Positions 48,771 to 60,606 of a DNA stretch of 64,000 bases are shown here, piece after piece. The stretch comes from Chiloscyllium plagiosum. Lineage: Eukaryota. Under the pieces are notes generated by a model. The model did no database searches. It was not told the origin of the DNA and was given only the letters and a program-made list of their open reading frames with translations. A program made the position numbers and the translations under genes. Within the stretch, counting starts at the first letter, position 1. Every line of letters begins with the position of its first letter. The stretch spans positions 8,753,014 to 8,817,013 of the forward strand of contig NC_057757.1 in the NCBI RefSeq assembly GCF_004010195.1. The letters are read 5' to 3'.

Positions 48771-48928
48771 GATCAAGCATTGCATGATTCATAGTATTAT
48801 GGTCATAGTTCCCACTGCAGTCAGATATTTCATTTAATTCAGTTCCCCACAAAGAGTTCAATTCCAAAGTCAGAGATTTTCCTATTTATGCAAGATCACT
48901 GGAATAAGTTGTTCCTTTCCATCTAATT

Positions 48929-49055
48929 CTGGATGAAGGGCTTATGCCAGAAATTTCGATTCTCCTGCTGCTCGGATGCTCCCTGACCTGCTGTGTATTT
49001 CCAGCGCCACAGTCTCAACTCTGATCTCCAGCATTTGCAGTCCTCCCTTTCTCCC
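48929..49055 (+). mobile_element. Penelope terminal fragment
   Basis: CTGGATGAAGGGCTTATGCCAGAAATTTCGATTCTCCTGCTG...GCAGTCCTCCCTTTCTCC. Confidence 0.8.
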
Positions 49056-49946
49056 TGTGTCAGATATGTCACAGCCAGCGGTGTTGATGCAGGAGCCCTG
49101 ACATTTGGAATGCACTGTAGGAATGTTCAACTCGATGATATCGCTCCTGCAAATATTTATAAACGTCTAAACTGGCAGCAACACATCCCTTCCATTGGAC
49201 CTGACCCCCCACTATGAACATAATTTCCATCTCTCAAGAGCCGCAAATCATTCTGGGGTTATACAGCACCTCAGTGTGACCTCCAGTTAATCAGCTCACC
49301 TTGATGCAGTGATTCACTCAACTTGGAAAATTTCATCGCAGCAGAAGGAGCAGAACATTCTGAACTGTTTTGTATTGGGTCAATTTCCTGAGTGGCCATC
49401 CTCAATCAGTACATAGTCTAGTTATGTACAATTTCTCAAAAAGTGAACGCAGGCGAATACATAGTCCCATCCTTCTGCTTGCAAGGAAGATATGATATTT
49501 CTTGGTGGGAAATTTGCTCAAATTGACTCGTGAGATCTAGAACTGCATTGATGTAACTTCAGTAAGTAACATTGTAACGGTTGGGATTTATATTCACATA
49601 AATCTTTCCCTGTGGTGTAAATCACTATGAATGATTGGACAGACATCCTGTGTGACAATCAGTGCAGTGATGGTCCACTCCATGAGGCAAAGAGCAGCAT
49701 GCTGTATCAGGGTCGACAGATGATTCATATTCTTCCAGCAGTGTGTTGTTGATGGAATATGAATCAACTGATGACGTTGATATAGAATCCAAATTCTTGA
49801 GTATCTCAGTGCTGAACATCAGGTCACCTGGAGGTCGCAACAGCAGGGTAGACTTTCACTCGATATGGCTGGACATTGTTGGTCATGAATGGAAACTCAG
49901 AGCAGCACAATATCAAATGTCCTAAACCAAACATCAGTCCCCACAA

Positions 49947-50070
49947 GGAGAAAGTGAGGACTGCAGATGCTGTAAATCAGAGTGGAGAATGTGCTGGAAA
50001 ACACAGCCGATCAGGCAGCATCTGGCTCCTGCTCCTAGGATGCTGCATGACCTGCTACGTCTTTCATCAG
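49947..50070. mobile_element. Penelope terminal fragment with internal inversion
   Basis: GGAGAAAGTGAGGACTGCAGATGCTG...TCAGGCAGCATC (minus) followed by CTCCTGCTCCTAGGATGCTGCATGACCTGCT (plus). Confidence 0.7.
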
Positions 50071-50514
50071 TGAAAAAATCGAGTTGTACCACCCAATCTC
50101 CATCATCTTGAGCCCTCCGGACCGCGTATATTAACATTGATTTCACAAAGTTGATGGAGTACTGCACTCTATGGTCTGACACTGGCCTCTCAGTGAATTG
50201 GTCTAAAAATATATGCGGGGTATTTATGTCCAAAGTATCTATGCCAACAAGATAACAATATCAATATTAAGCATTATAATAAAATGCAAATCTAAATTGA
50301 TAGCCAAAAACAAATAATACTCCCACATGAACGCCCATATGAGGAACTTCACATCAACCATTATCATTTAGGGATCATCAAAGGATAACAGCCACAAAGG
50401 GCAAATTTGAAACATCCTTTTGGATAAAGTTGTTTAATCCTATGTGGGAGAGCTACTGCCACAACACTTCAGATCTCAGTGTTTGTCCTATTTAACTCTG
50501 CACCCCAGTACCGT

Positions 50515-50870
50515 GCATTTATTTTAATAAATGGCAATGCACATGTGCCTTTTTGACAATCCAGTAATTCATTATACATCATAATTGAAACCCTGTGTTC
50601 AACAATCCTCTCAGCAATCTGTGCTCACAATACCATGTCCACACACTCACTGTCAAAACACCCAAGATAGTCAAAGCATTCTGTATGCTGACTCGCATTT
50701 TATAAATGGCAAAACATTCATGTTTTTTGACAAATAATTCAGTACACATCATAAGTGAAATCCTGTCTCACCAACCCTGGCAGCGATTTGTCCTCACAAG
50801 TAACATGTCTCTCACACCGGCGGACTGCCAAAAACACACAGCACAGTTGAAGCCATCCATGCTAACCTTC
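50515..50870. repeat. Diverged two-copy tandem duplication, ~180-bp period
   Basis: ATAAATGGCAA...TTTTTGACAA...TAATTCA...CATCATAA...CTCACAA...CATGTC...AAAACAC at ~50527 and ~50702. Confidence 0.8.
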
Positions 50871-51360
50871 ACCTACCATTCCATAAAGATCGGCTCAACC
50901 CAACCATTACCCACATTCTATGGGCTCCCATTTGGAGCAAGCTGCCCGAGCAAGATCCACCAACACAATCCCTTTACAACAAGGAATGGGAAAGACCAGG
51001 TGTCACTGAGAGCTGGGTTGTTACAAAAACTCTCTGACCGATAGCAGTCTTTGAACACCCACTGAGAGACAGTGGTCTTGCTAAACACTTTCTAGATCAG
51101 CCAGTGCCGGTGCTCAGCCAAACTCCATCAATGTGGTCACAATGCAAACACATTCTGCACAGTATAGAGAAACAGACAATACTGCACATTACTGAGGAGC
51201 CTCTTAATGAAAAACCTGTTCACTTTAAACTCAGTAAGTGAGGACATTATTGTCTGTTATCGTGTTTGCCTTACTAAATAAAACACTTATTAGTCATCTT
51301 ATGGAAATAAGTACAATTTAATGCAGAGACTTATACAACTTAAGTTGTTACAAGACTTAC

Positions 51361-51409
51361 CAGGAATGCCAACAACAGTAAAGATGGTGTAGTATACTTT
51401 TTCGATCAT
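51361..51409 (-). CDS. Exon 1 (coding part) of GPCR gene 2: MIEKVYYTIFTVVGIP
   Basis: ATG ATC GAA AAA GTA TAC TAC ACC ATC TTT ACT GTT GTT GGC ATT CCT G|GTAAGT: TM1 start (YY...GIP), consensus donor, 49 nt giving phase 1 that matches the exon 2 acceptor. Confidence 0.88.
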
Positions 51410-51515
51410 TGTCGTTGGAATAGGCAGTTTATTATTTGTGAAACAACCACTCCCTTTCTGCTGCCGACAACCTGTTGGAATTGGACGATTCTTTCGGAAC
51501 TGGAGCTGTCTTTAT

Positions 51516-51523
51516 TTTATATA
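51516..51523 (-). promoter_or_regulatory. TATA box of GPCR gene 2
   Basis: TATATAAA on the minus strand, ~107 nt upstream of the ATG, with no intervening ATG seen. Confidence 0.6.
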
Positions 51524-52049
51524 GTTTGGTATCGCCATTGGGAAACTGTAATTACTCTTTGATTTTTTAAAAATGATTGTTAACATTAAGAATACAACAA
51601 CATGTTTATTTTCAAATGTTATATCATTGAGATTTCAGTCTGTAATTGAATACCCCAAAGACTGTATTAAACTGATCCTATGAGGTTTCAAATGTTAATT
51701 GCAATTTATCTTCAAACAAGAATAACTACATTATCTCACCCACTATCAGTCCCATCAATCTCCAAATATCTTTGATATTCTTTTAACTAATGACCTTCAT
51801 TTTGATGAGGCTATTCAGTCATTTGATACCTCTTGTTGTACAGCTCCTTGACAGCTGTTCTACTGACACTTATCCCACTGCTTTCCTTCTTCATGCAGTT
51901 ATATAACTCACTTGGGAAATTCTACCTGTGAAGGAGCACTCAAATGCAGAAGCTGAAGCTCGTACTGACCACAACAACAGCTGGAATTTACGCGAAATTA
52001 TATTTTCTCAAAAAAATACAAAAGATAAATTAGTTCAGCATGATATGTT

Positions 52050-53820
52050 CAGAAGTCGAGAGCGACAGAATCATTTGAACATCAAAATGGCACTAAATCG
52101 ACATCAGTCCCACTTTCCAACATTTGGCCAATAGCCTTGAATGTTATGGCATTTCAAGTGCTTTATCCAAGTTCATTTTAAACGTTGAGAGCCTTCCCAT
52201 TTCACATCCCCTACCAGGCAGTCCATTGCAGGCCCCTACAATCCTGTGGGTGAGAAGAGTTTTCCTCATGTCCCCTCTCAACCTCCTGTCTTTGATCTTA
52301 ACATTATGCCACCTTGTTATTCACACTTTTACTGAGGGGAACAACTGCTTTCTACTCACGCTCTCTGTGTCCCCTGTAGTCTTATATACCATGATCTCTG
52401 CTCCTAAAAAAGCAGTCCAAGCTGATCCAGCCTCCCTCTTCACAGCTAAATTGCTGCAGCCCAAGCAACATTCTGGTGAATCTCCTTTGCATTCCCTTCA
52501 GTGCAATCATATCCTTCCTATCATGCAGTGACCATAAACAAACTCCAACCGTGGCAGAACCAACATTTTGTACAGCACCAACAGCACCTCCCTGTTCTTA
52601 TCTTTAATCTGTATCCTGTTTGCCGTCCTATCAACCCTATGAAACTGTCCTTCTATTTTGATGGATCTGTTGACAAATACCTCATTATCTATCTTGTCAT
52701 GTGCTTTCCAGTATCCTTTCATTAATTGAGCATTCCTTATCTGTGACTCTACCAAAGTGCATCACTTCTCATTTATTCGAGTTAAATTTTATCTGCCAAT
52801 GATTTGTCCATCTGACCAATCAGTCCATATCTATCTGACAAAGAAGACATTTTTCATCACTCACAACCTGGTCAATATTTGTGCCTTCTGCAAACATACC
52901 TATCATCACCAACATGCTCCCGCCACAGATACAGGCATGAACTCTCATCAATATTATTTATGAATATTGAAAATAATGTGGAACCTGACATGGATCCCTG
53001 TGTAATGCACTGGACACGAGCCTCCATGTGCATGAACAGTCTTCTATAAACACTTTTTGTCTCCTCTGACTAAGCCAATTTTGGAGCAAATTTGTCAAGT
53101 TACACTGTATGCTGTATGCTTTTACCTTCCTTATCAATCTCCCATGTGAGACTTGACAAAGGCTTTGCTGAAATTCATATAAACTACACCAATTGCCTTA
53201 CTTTCATCTTAAGATCTGGCCTCATCAGAAACCCACCAGATTTGTTAGTCATGATCCTTATTTAAAAAGCTCTGCTGATTATTCATAATTAATCTATTAT
53301 TTTCTAATTAGGTAGCTTGGTCGCACAGTGGTTTGTACTGCTGCCTCACAGTATCAGGGACTCGGGTTTGATTCCAGCCTCGGGTGATTCCAGCCTCCGG
53401 ATGCTTCACGTTTCTCCCACAGCCAAAAGATGTGCAGGTCAAGTGAATTAGCCATGGAAAGATACCCTTAGTATTCAAGGATGTGTAGGCTAGGTGCATC
53501 AGTCAGGGGAAATGGATGGGGAATGGATCTGGGTGGGATATGCTTTAGAGGTTCAGTGTGGACTTGCTGAGCCAAATAGCCTGTTTCTGCACTGCAGGGA
53601 TTCTGTGACGTGGATATCGAAATTTTCCCCAATACTTTCTCTAACACTGATGGGACACTGTTATTCCTAATTGATCTCTTCCAGCCTTCTTGAAAAGTGG
53701 AACGACATTAGCTATTCTCCAGTCCTCTGGCGCCTCCACTGTGGCTGGACAGAAATGAAAGGTTTGGTTCAGAGTCCCTGTAATTTGCTCCTTCTCTCCT
53801 TGGTCACAACTCCTCTGGAC
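52050..53820 (-). mobile_element. Old degraded CR1 LINE
   Basis: KNREVLLVLYKMLVLPRLE remnant; GGCTTTGCTGAAATTCATATAAACTACACC is the reverse of the DVVYMDFSKAF region. Confidence 0.75.
53312..53610 (+). mobile_element. HE1 / V-SINE with internal deletion
   Basis: GGTCGCACAGTGGTTTGTACTGCTGCCTCACAG...CCCACAGCCAAAAGATGTGCAGGTC...CCTGTTTCTGCACTG. Confidence 0.85.
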
Positions 53821-54389
53821 CTCAGGATTTGCCTTCTTTTAGCTCGCCAACTTGCAATATGAGTGTGTATCAGTTTTAAATCTGTTCAACAGATACCAAG
53901 ACCGAGGTTGTGTTTCTTGTTTGCATTTTCTTCTTCGCAATAGTTAGCTCCGACAAGGACCAGTCTCTCTCAGTGTGAAATATCCACAAGGACTCTTCTC
54001 TCAAAGCTCTCCCTGTATCTGTCCCATCCTATTCATCCCCCATAAAACAAATCTTAGTTTCTCATTTATTACCTCAGTTCGGTGTGTACGACCTACGTTT
54101 GCAATTTTGGGTCATAATCAGCCCTTGTCTATCTATCATTACCTTATTCGTAGAACGATCAACCTTTTACATCAGGTGCTAATCCATCACGAGTGTCTTT
54201 TCTTTGACGCTCTTACTTACCTTCTGCTAATTTCTGTTTGAATTTTATATCATGTTCTAAATTCTACTGTCAATCTCAAGTTATTACTACTTTGTACATG
54301 CGATGTAGGGATGTCTGACTAAAACAGGATTTATGGCCCATCCCTAACATCTGCGGTGAAGATGGTGGTGTGCTGATCAGATTCTGCAT

Positions 54390-54780
54390 GCACGTTTTGT
54401 TATTCACTTGTGGGACGTGGGCATCGCTGGTCCGGTGTTTATTGCCTGTTCCCAGTTGCTCCTTTATAAAGTGTGGGGTGAGCTGCCCTCTTGAATCACT
54501 GCAGTCCATGTGGTGTCGGTAGACCCACACTGCTGTTAGGGAGGGAGCTCCAGGATTCTGACCCAGTGAAGGAACGGTGATATATTTCCAAGGCAGGACG
54601 GTGAGTGGCTTTGAGGTGAACATGCAGGGAGTGGTGTTCTCATTTATCTGTTGCCCTTATCCTTCCGTATGGTAGAGGTTGTGGTTTGGAAGATATCTAA
54701 GGATATTTGGTGACTTTTCACTGTGCGGCTTAGACATGGTACACACTGCTCAACCTGAGCGACAGTAGTGGAGTAAGTGG
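54390..54780 (-). mobile_element. L2/CR1-clade LINE 3' end
   Basis: ATTCACTTGTGGGACGTGGGCATCGCTGG...GAGCTGCCCTCTTGAATCACTGCAGTCCATGTGG. Confidence 0.8.
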
Positions 54781-54789
54781 ATAAGACAA

Positions 54790-55870
54790 TAAACCATTAG
54801 AGCATGATGTCAGCCATTCAGCTGAAGAAGGCTGCACTGTCATTCAATCATTCTGATAAGTTTTTAACACCATTCTTCCCGTAACCTTTGATCCCCTTGA
54901 CGATCAAGAACCTATCTATCTCCAGCTTAAATACACTCAATGTCCTAGCCTCTTCAGCCTTCTGTGAAAATGAATTCCATAAATTCCCCACTTCCTGACT
55001 GAAGAGGCGTCTCCTTATCTCTGTTATAAAATAACTTCCCTTTACCGTAAGGGTGTGCGTTTGGTTCCCAGACTCTCCTGATAATGGAGATATCTTGCCA
55101 ACATCCACTCTGTCTGGGCCATACAGTATTCTGAAAATTTAAATTAGATCCATCCTCAGCCTTTAAACTCCATTGAGTATAGACCCAGAGTCCTCAAAAG
55201 TTCCTCATATGTTAAGCTTTTTCATTATTGGGTCTATTTTAGTGAACCTCGTCTGAACACACCCCAGAGCCAATACGTCATTGCTGAGATATGGAGCCCA
55301 AGACTGCGCACATTACTCCAAATGGGGTCTGACCAGAGACTTATAGAGCCTCACAAATACATCCCTGCTTTTATATTCAAATACTCTCAAAAGAAATCCC
55401 ATCATTGCATTTGCCGTCCTAACTACTGACTCAACCTGCAAGTTTACCTTGAGAGAACCCTGGTCTAGAATTCCCCAGTCTTGTTGCACTTCAGATTTCT
55501 GATTTTTTTCTCCATTTAGAAAATAGTCCATGCCTCTATTCTCCCTCTCCCTCTCAAACTGAAGAATAAATTCAATCATATTATGATCACTGCTTCCTGA
55601 GGATCCTTCACCTTAACCCCACGTATCAGGTCTGACTGCACAACACTAAATACAGTATTGCCTGTTCCCTAGTGGGCTCCCACCACAAGCATCTTCACAA
55701 AGCAATCTCGTAGATATTCCCCAAATTCCTTTCCTTGTAATCCACTACCAACCTGATTTTCCCAGTCCATCTTTATATTGAAATCCACATGATCACTGTA
55801 ACTTTGCCTCTCCTACACGTCTTCTCTGTTTCCTGGTATATCTTGAGCCCCAGCTTCTGTCTACGGTTTG
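54790..55870 (-). mobile_element. CR1 LINE with large internal deletion (endonuclease piece joined to 3' end)
   Basis: YKSRDVFVRLYKSLVRPHLE and LFSQEVGNLWNSF remnants; endonuclease-region HNMIEFILQFERE abuts DYFLNGEK. Confidence 0.85.
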
Positions 55871-56439
55871 TACATAACATGACAGGGACAGCGATGAGGG
55901 AGATGAGAGGGAGAGGAGGACAGGGACAAGGACGGGGGAGGAAAAAGGGAGAGAAGAACAGGGAGTGAGAGAGAGAATGTGAAAAGTCAGATATAGTCAA
56001 ACAGGATTGAAGACAGGGTCAGTCTGATGGGGTGGTATTGAATATTTCAAATTGTTCTGGTTCTCTCAATGGTTTCTCACACTCCCTCTTTCCAATGACA
56101 GACCATGCTCCTGAGTTTAGCTCAGCCTGAGAATGTATCAATGTGTCTTTATTGTTGTGTGTATCTCTGTGTCTGTATCTCTCCAATGGGAATTTTGTTG
56201 TTTATTGGAAACATCACCCCCTTCAAACTGCCCTCCAAGCCATTTAGTCCTTATTTGGAAATCTATCGTTGTCCCATCAATGTCAAAGGCAGCCCAGCAG
56301 CACCACCTCAACGAGCAATCGGGGATAGGGAATAAGCACTGACTCCACCAGAAATACCCAAATCCGACGAGTGAAGCAAAATAAAGCATTTCCTGGTCTG
56401 GAAACAAGGGGACCCTCCTCGAGGCTTCACTGGGGAATT

Positions 56440-57326
56440 TTATTTATTGACAATGCAAGGAATTCGCGTAAGCAGGTACTTTACTGTGTTCCTGATCTTT
56501 GCTCTGAGACGGGACAGTTTTGCTGCATAAGTAAGTGTGTTTGTGCAACAATTTAATCTCTGCAGCATGTAACCAACTGCACTGAACTGATATAGAAAAG
56601 GCAAGTAACTGACAGGATTGATTCCTTGAATTGCGTAATAATAATAAAACTATAACATAAATTAACCACAGGAAGATGAAGCTCCCAGAGTTAGTGAAGA
56701 GTAAAATCACAGCCTTCCTTCTGCTCTCTAGCTCTTGGTCTCTATGATTCTCTCCTTTGCTCTCACCCTTCAGCCTCTTCCGGACTTGACTGGTCGCTAA
56801 AATGTGTCAGGTGTCAGAGCATTGAGCAACAGAATTAAAGCGAATGGCAGTAAAGGGGTCAAAACCATATCAAGCCAATCTATTACCACCCAACAAGCCT
56901 CAGTAAAGTAGCTTGTCTTTGTTTTACAGTAGGATGGCACATTGTTGATTATCCACCAAATAGAAGGGGATGTTTTTCAGACAGAACAGGGTGCAGGTTG
57001 TTGCCAGAACCACAGTCGCAGCTTTCTCAGTGCAATATTTTGTTCTCAACTTCTGACAACAAATGGTCACAAATCGGCCAAATGAGAAAGTGACGGTGAA
57101 CCAGACAGAGCAGTCCGTGACAGCACGTATCAGGACCCCAGTAAAACTGCACACAGGAGTGATGGTCAGGAAACACCACGGGTAATAATGACAGCGAAAT
57201 CTCCACAGTATAATCTCAGTGATAATGAACATCAGATCAGCAGCTGCCATAACCACCAGGTAGCGGGTAGTGCAAGCGGAAAAATGCACTTTCCTCAGGA
57301 AAGGATTGTAATCACCAGCAATCTAC
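56440..57326 (-). pseudogene. GPR139/GPR142-like GPCR pseudogene (gene 3, exon 2)
   Basis: Acceptor TTTGTCTCTCACAG at 57327; in-frame TGA at 57295-57297 (LS*GKC). At least four frameshifts link RYLVVMAAADL...SFGRFVTICCQKL...KNIPFY / INNVPSYC...LTPLLPFALILLLNALT / ESRRKAVILLF / GYMLQRLNCCTNTLTY...VKY...VNK*. Confidence 0.92.
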
Positions 57327-58099
57327 CTGTGAGAGACAAATGAAAAATTCTCCCTGCCTGTTGCATACAACAATAAGATTCTCACATGAGAAACTGGTGC
57401 ACTGTGTTATTGAAAGTTGTTGATGTTGAGTGTATTTACATTTTAGGCAGTTCACATCCACCTCAGGTTTTCCTCCAGCCCAGTCACTCCAGACATTATT
57501 GATCTTGTGGAGAGAGTGTGCTCAGATCCTCCACTCAGAAAGCAGAAGGAATTCTGTGAGTTTGCAAGGTAAGTATTTGAACGAATGTAACAGATTCTTA
57601 CTTCCCTCAGCTTCAGCACTTGGCACGCACAAAAGCCCATTAGAATCCTCAATTCTAACCCAGCCATAATCAAATGTTTGGACTTTCCATAAAGTAAAGT
57701 CTCCCTTTCAAATTGGATCAGGTCATTCCCTTGGTTTTGGACTGAATCCCAATTGGAGCAATAACAGGACCAGGAAACAGCTCATCAGAACATGAGTAAG
57801 ATTTCAAACAAGACCACTCAATGCATCTTACACCATTGCATGCAGGGATCCCGAAGTGACAATGTGTGCGTGTTAGAACTGCTGTGATATTTACACTGTA
57901 CATCTAACCATCAGTACATGACAAACGTCTCAACGTGCAGGAACAGGAGGGCAATCTGTCAGGACTTGATTCTCCTGACCAGAGGTAGTGAGGAAGAGAG
58001 AATTTCCAGAAAGTATGATAGTTAGCTGAAGCTTTACAAATCAAAACAGGTACTGATCCCTCTATTCTTCACCTTAACAGAAAAGAAAACGATTGCAGA

Positions 58100-58460
58100 T
58101 TTAAAATTAACAACTGATTCAGAATCCACTGCAGGTTTTGGAAGAGAGTTCCAAACCTCTCCCAGCTTTGTGTGCAGAAGTGCTTCCTAATATCTCTCCA
58201 GAATGTTCTGGACACATTCTTGGACTATGTTAACTTATCCTAGAATCCTGAAACAATAGAAATAGTCTACCTTTTCCTGCCTATTCCTGTTAATATATTG
58301 TAGGACTTCACTCAGCTGACACCTTAGCCTTCAAACTTCAGTGAAATCAGGTCCCATTTGTATAACAAATCATAAAGTACTCAGCAAGACTGGCAGAATC
58401 TGCAGGAGAGAAAGCAGAGTTAACATTCAGGTCCAGTGAGTCTTTTTCAGAACTAGCTTG
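58100..58460 (-). mobile_element. Degraded CR1 fragment followed by Penelope-type terminus
   Basis: GGAAGAGAGTTCCAAACCTCT...GAAGTGCTTCCTAATATC (CR1); ACTCAGCAAGACTGGCAGAATC...GAGAAAGCAGAGTTAACATTCAGGTC (Penelope-type). Confidence 0.55.
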
Positions 58461-60106
58461 CTGATCTCTCCTCATACCGTGAAACCATATGAAACTAGAA
58501 CAGATGACAGCACTGAGATTAGAAAATGCTGCTGCAGCAAAGAAATTTGGAAGTCTCTGTCAGGTCACTGAATTGGGACTGAGTGAACAAGATGGGCCTC
58601 TAACAATGGAGACGCGGATGCACATTTGAATTCCAAATGGGAATAGATTTGGAAATTCAGCAGCTGCAGTGGTGGTTTGGAATCCACACCAACAGAACAT
58701 TCGGCTCGAGCTCACAAGAGGAGCACGGTGATAATATTACCATGCCACGGTCTGTACAGCTTGCAATCTCAGATTGTAACATAAACCCAATTCAGTGCCT
58801 CATACTACTTCAACATGATAAACAGATTCATTTTCAGTATATATCTTAAGTCAAATTCAGGTAATCATTTAAATTAATTACAAACACATTGCATGATGAT
58901 AATTTACAAACACATGCAACGTAGGCGAATAACACACCCATCCGACAAACACACTTACACAAATTCCCACTATAAAACTCACAATCAAGCCTTCCAATCA
59001 GACTGATGCACAACCGTCATCTAAACAGTACCTCCACGGAATGCAGAAATTACAGGAAATGCAGACATTTGAACTGTCATTGTCCATCCAGATACATTAA
59101 TGATCTGGGTCTTAGTGTCACTGTCTACCAAAAACATCACTGACATCACTCTTACCGTCACTGTCCATCAGATACATCACTGACCTCTCCTTACTGTTAC
59201 TGTCCATCAGATACATCACTGACCTCCCCCTGTCACTGTCCATCAGATACATCACTGACCTCCCCCTTACTGTCACTGTCCATCAGATACATCACTGACC
59301 TCCCCCTTACTGTCAGTGTGCATCAGAAACATCACTGACCTCCTTCTTACTGTCACTGTCCATCAGATACATCACTGACCTCCCCCTGACTGTCACTGTC
59401 CATCGGATACATCACTGACCTCCCCCTGACTGTCACTGTACATCAGGTACATCACTGACGTCCCCCTTACTGTCACTGTCCATCAGATACATCACAGACC
59501 TCCCTCTTACTGTCACTGTCCATCAGCTACATTACTGACTTAACCCTTACTGTCACTGTCCATCAGATACGTCACTGACCTACCTCTTGCTGTCATTGTC
59601 CATCGGATACATCACAGACCTCTCCCTTACTGGCACTGTCCGTGCAGATACATCACCGACCTCCCTTTAATATCACTGTCCATCAGATACATCACTGACC
59701 ACCCCTTACTGTCACTGTCCATCAAATACATTCCTGACATCCCGCATTCCATCACTGTCCATCAGACACATCACTGACTTACACATTACAGTCACTGTCC
59801 ATCAGATACATCACTGACCTCCTTCTTACTGTCACTCTCCATAAGATACATCACTGATCTTCCCCTTACTGTCACTGTTCGTCAGCTAAATCACTGAACT
59901 CCCTCTTACTGTAACTCTCCAGCGGAAACATCACTGACCTCACTCTTATTGACACTGTCCAACAGATACATCACTGACCTGACCCTTACTGTCATTGTCC
60001 ATCAGATACATCACCGACCTCCCTCTTACTGTCACTGTCCATCAGATACATCACCGACCTCCCCCTTACTGTCACTTTCCATCACATACATCCCCAATCT
60101 CCGCGT

Positions 60107-60606
60107 NNNNNNNNNNNNNNNNNNNNNNNNNNNNNNNNNNNNNNNNNNNNNNNNNNNNNNNNNNNNNNNNNNNNNNNNNNNNNNNNNNNNNNNNNNNNNN
60201 NNNNNNNNNNNNNNNNNNNNNNNNNNNNNNNNNNNNNNNNNNNNNNNNNNNNNNNNNNNNNNNNNNNNNNNNNNNNNNNNNNNNNNNNNNNNNNNNNNNN
60301 NNNNNNNNNNNNNNNNNNNNNNNNNNNNNNNNNNNNNNNNNNNNNNNNNNNNNNNNNNNNNNNNNNNNNNNNNNNNNNNNNNNNNNNNNNNNNNNNNNNN
60401 NNNNNNNNNNNNNNNNNNNNNNNNNNNNNNNNNNNNNNNNNNNNNNNNNNNNNNNNNNNNNNNNNNNNNNNNNNNNNNNNNNNNNNNNNNNNNNNNNNNN
60501 NNNNNNNNNNNNNNNNNNNNNNNNNNNNNNNNNNNNNNNNNNNNNNNNNNNNNNNNNNNNNNNNNNNNNNNNNNNNNNNNNNNNNNNNNNNNNNNNNNNN
60601 NNNNNN
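60107..60606. other. Assembly gap (500 N)
   Basis: Run of N of round length. Confidence 0.99.
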
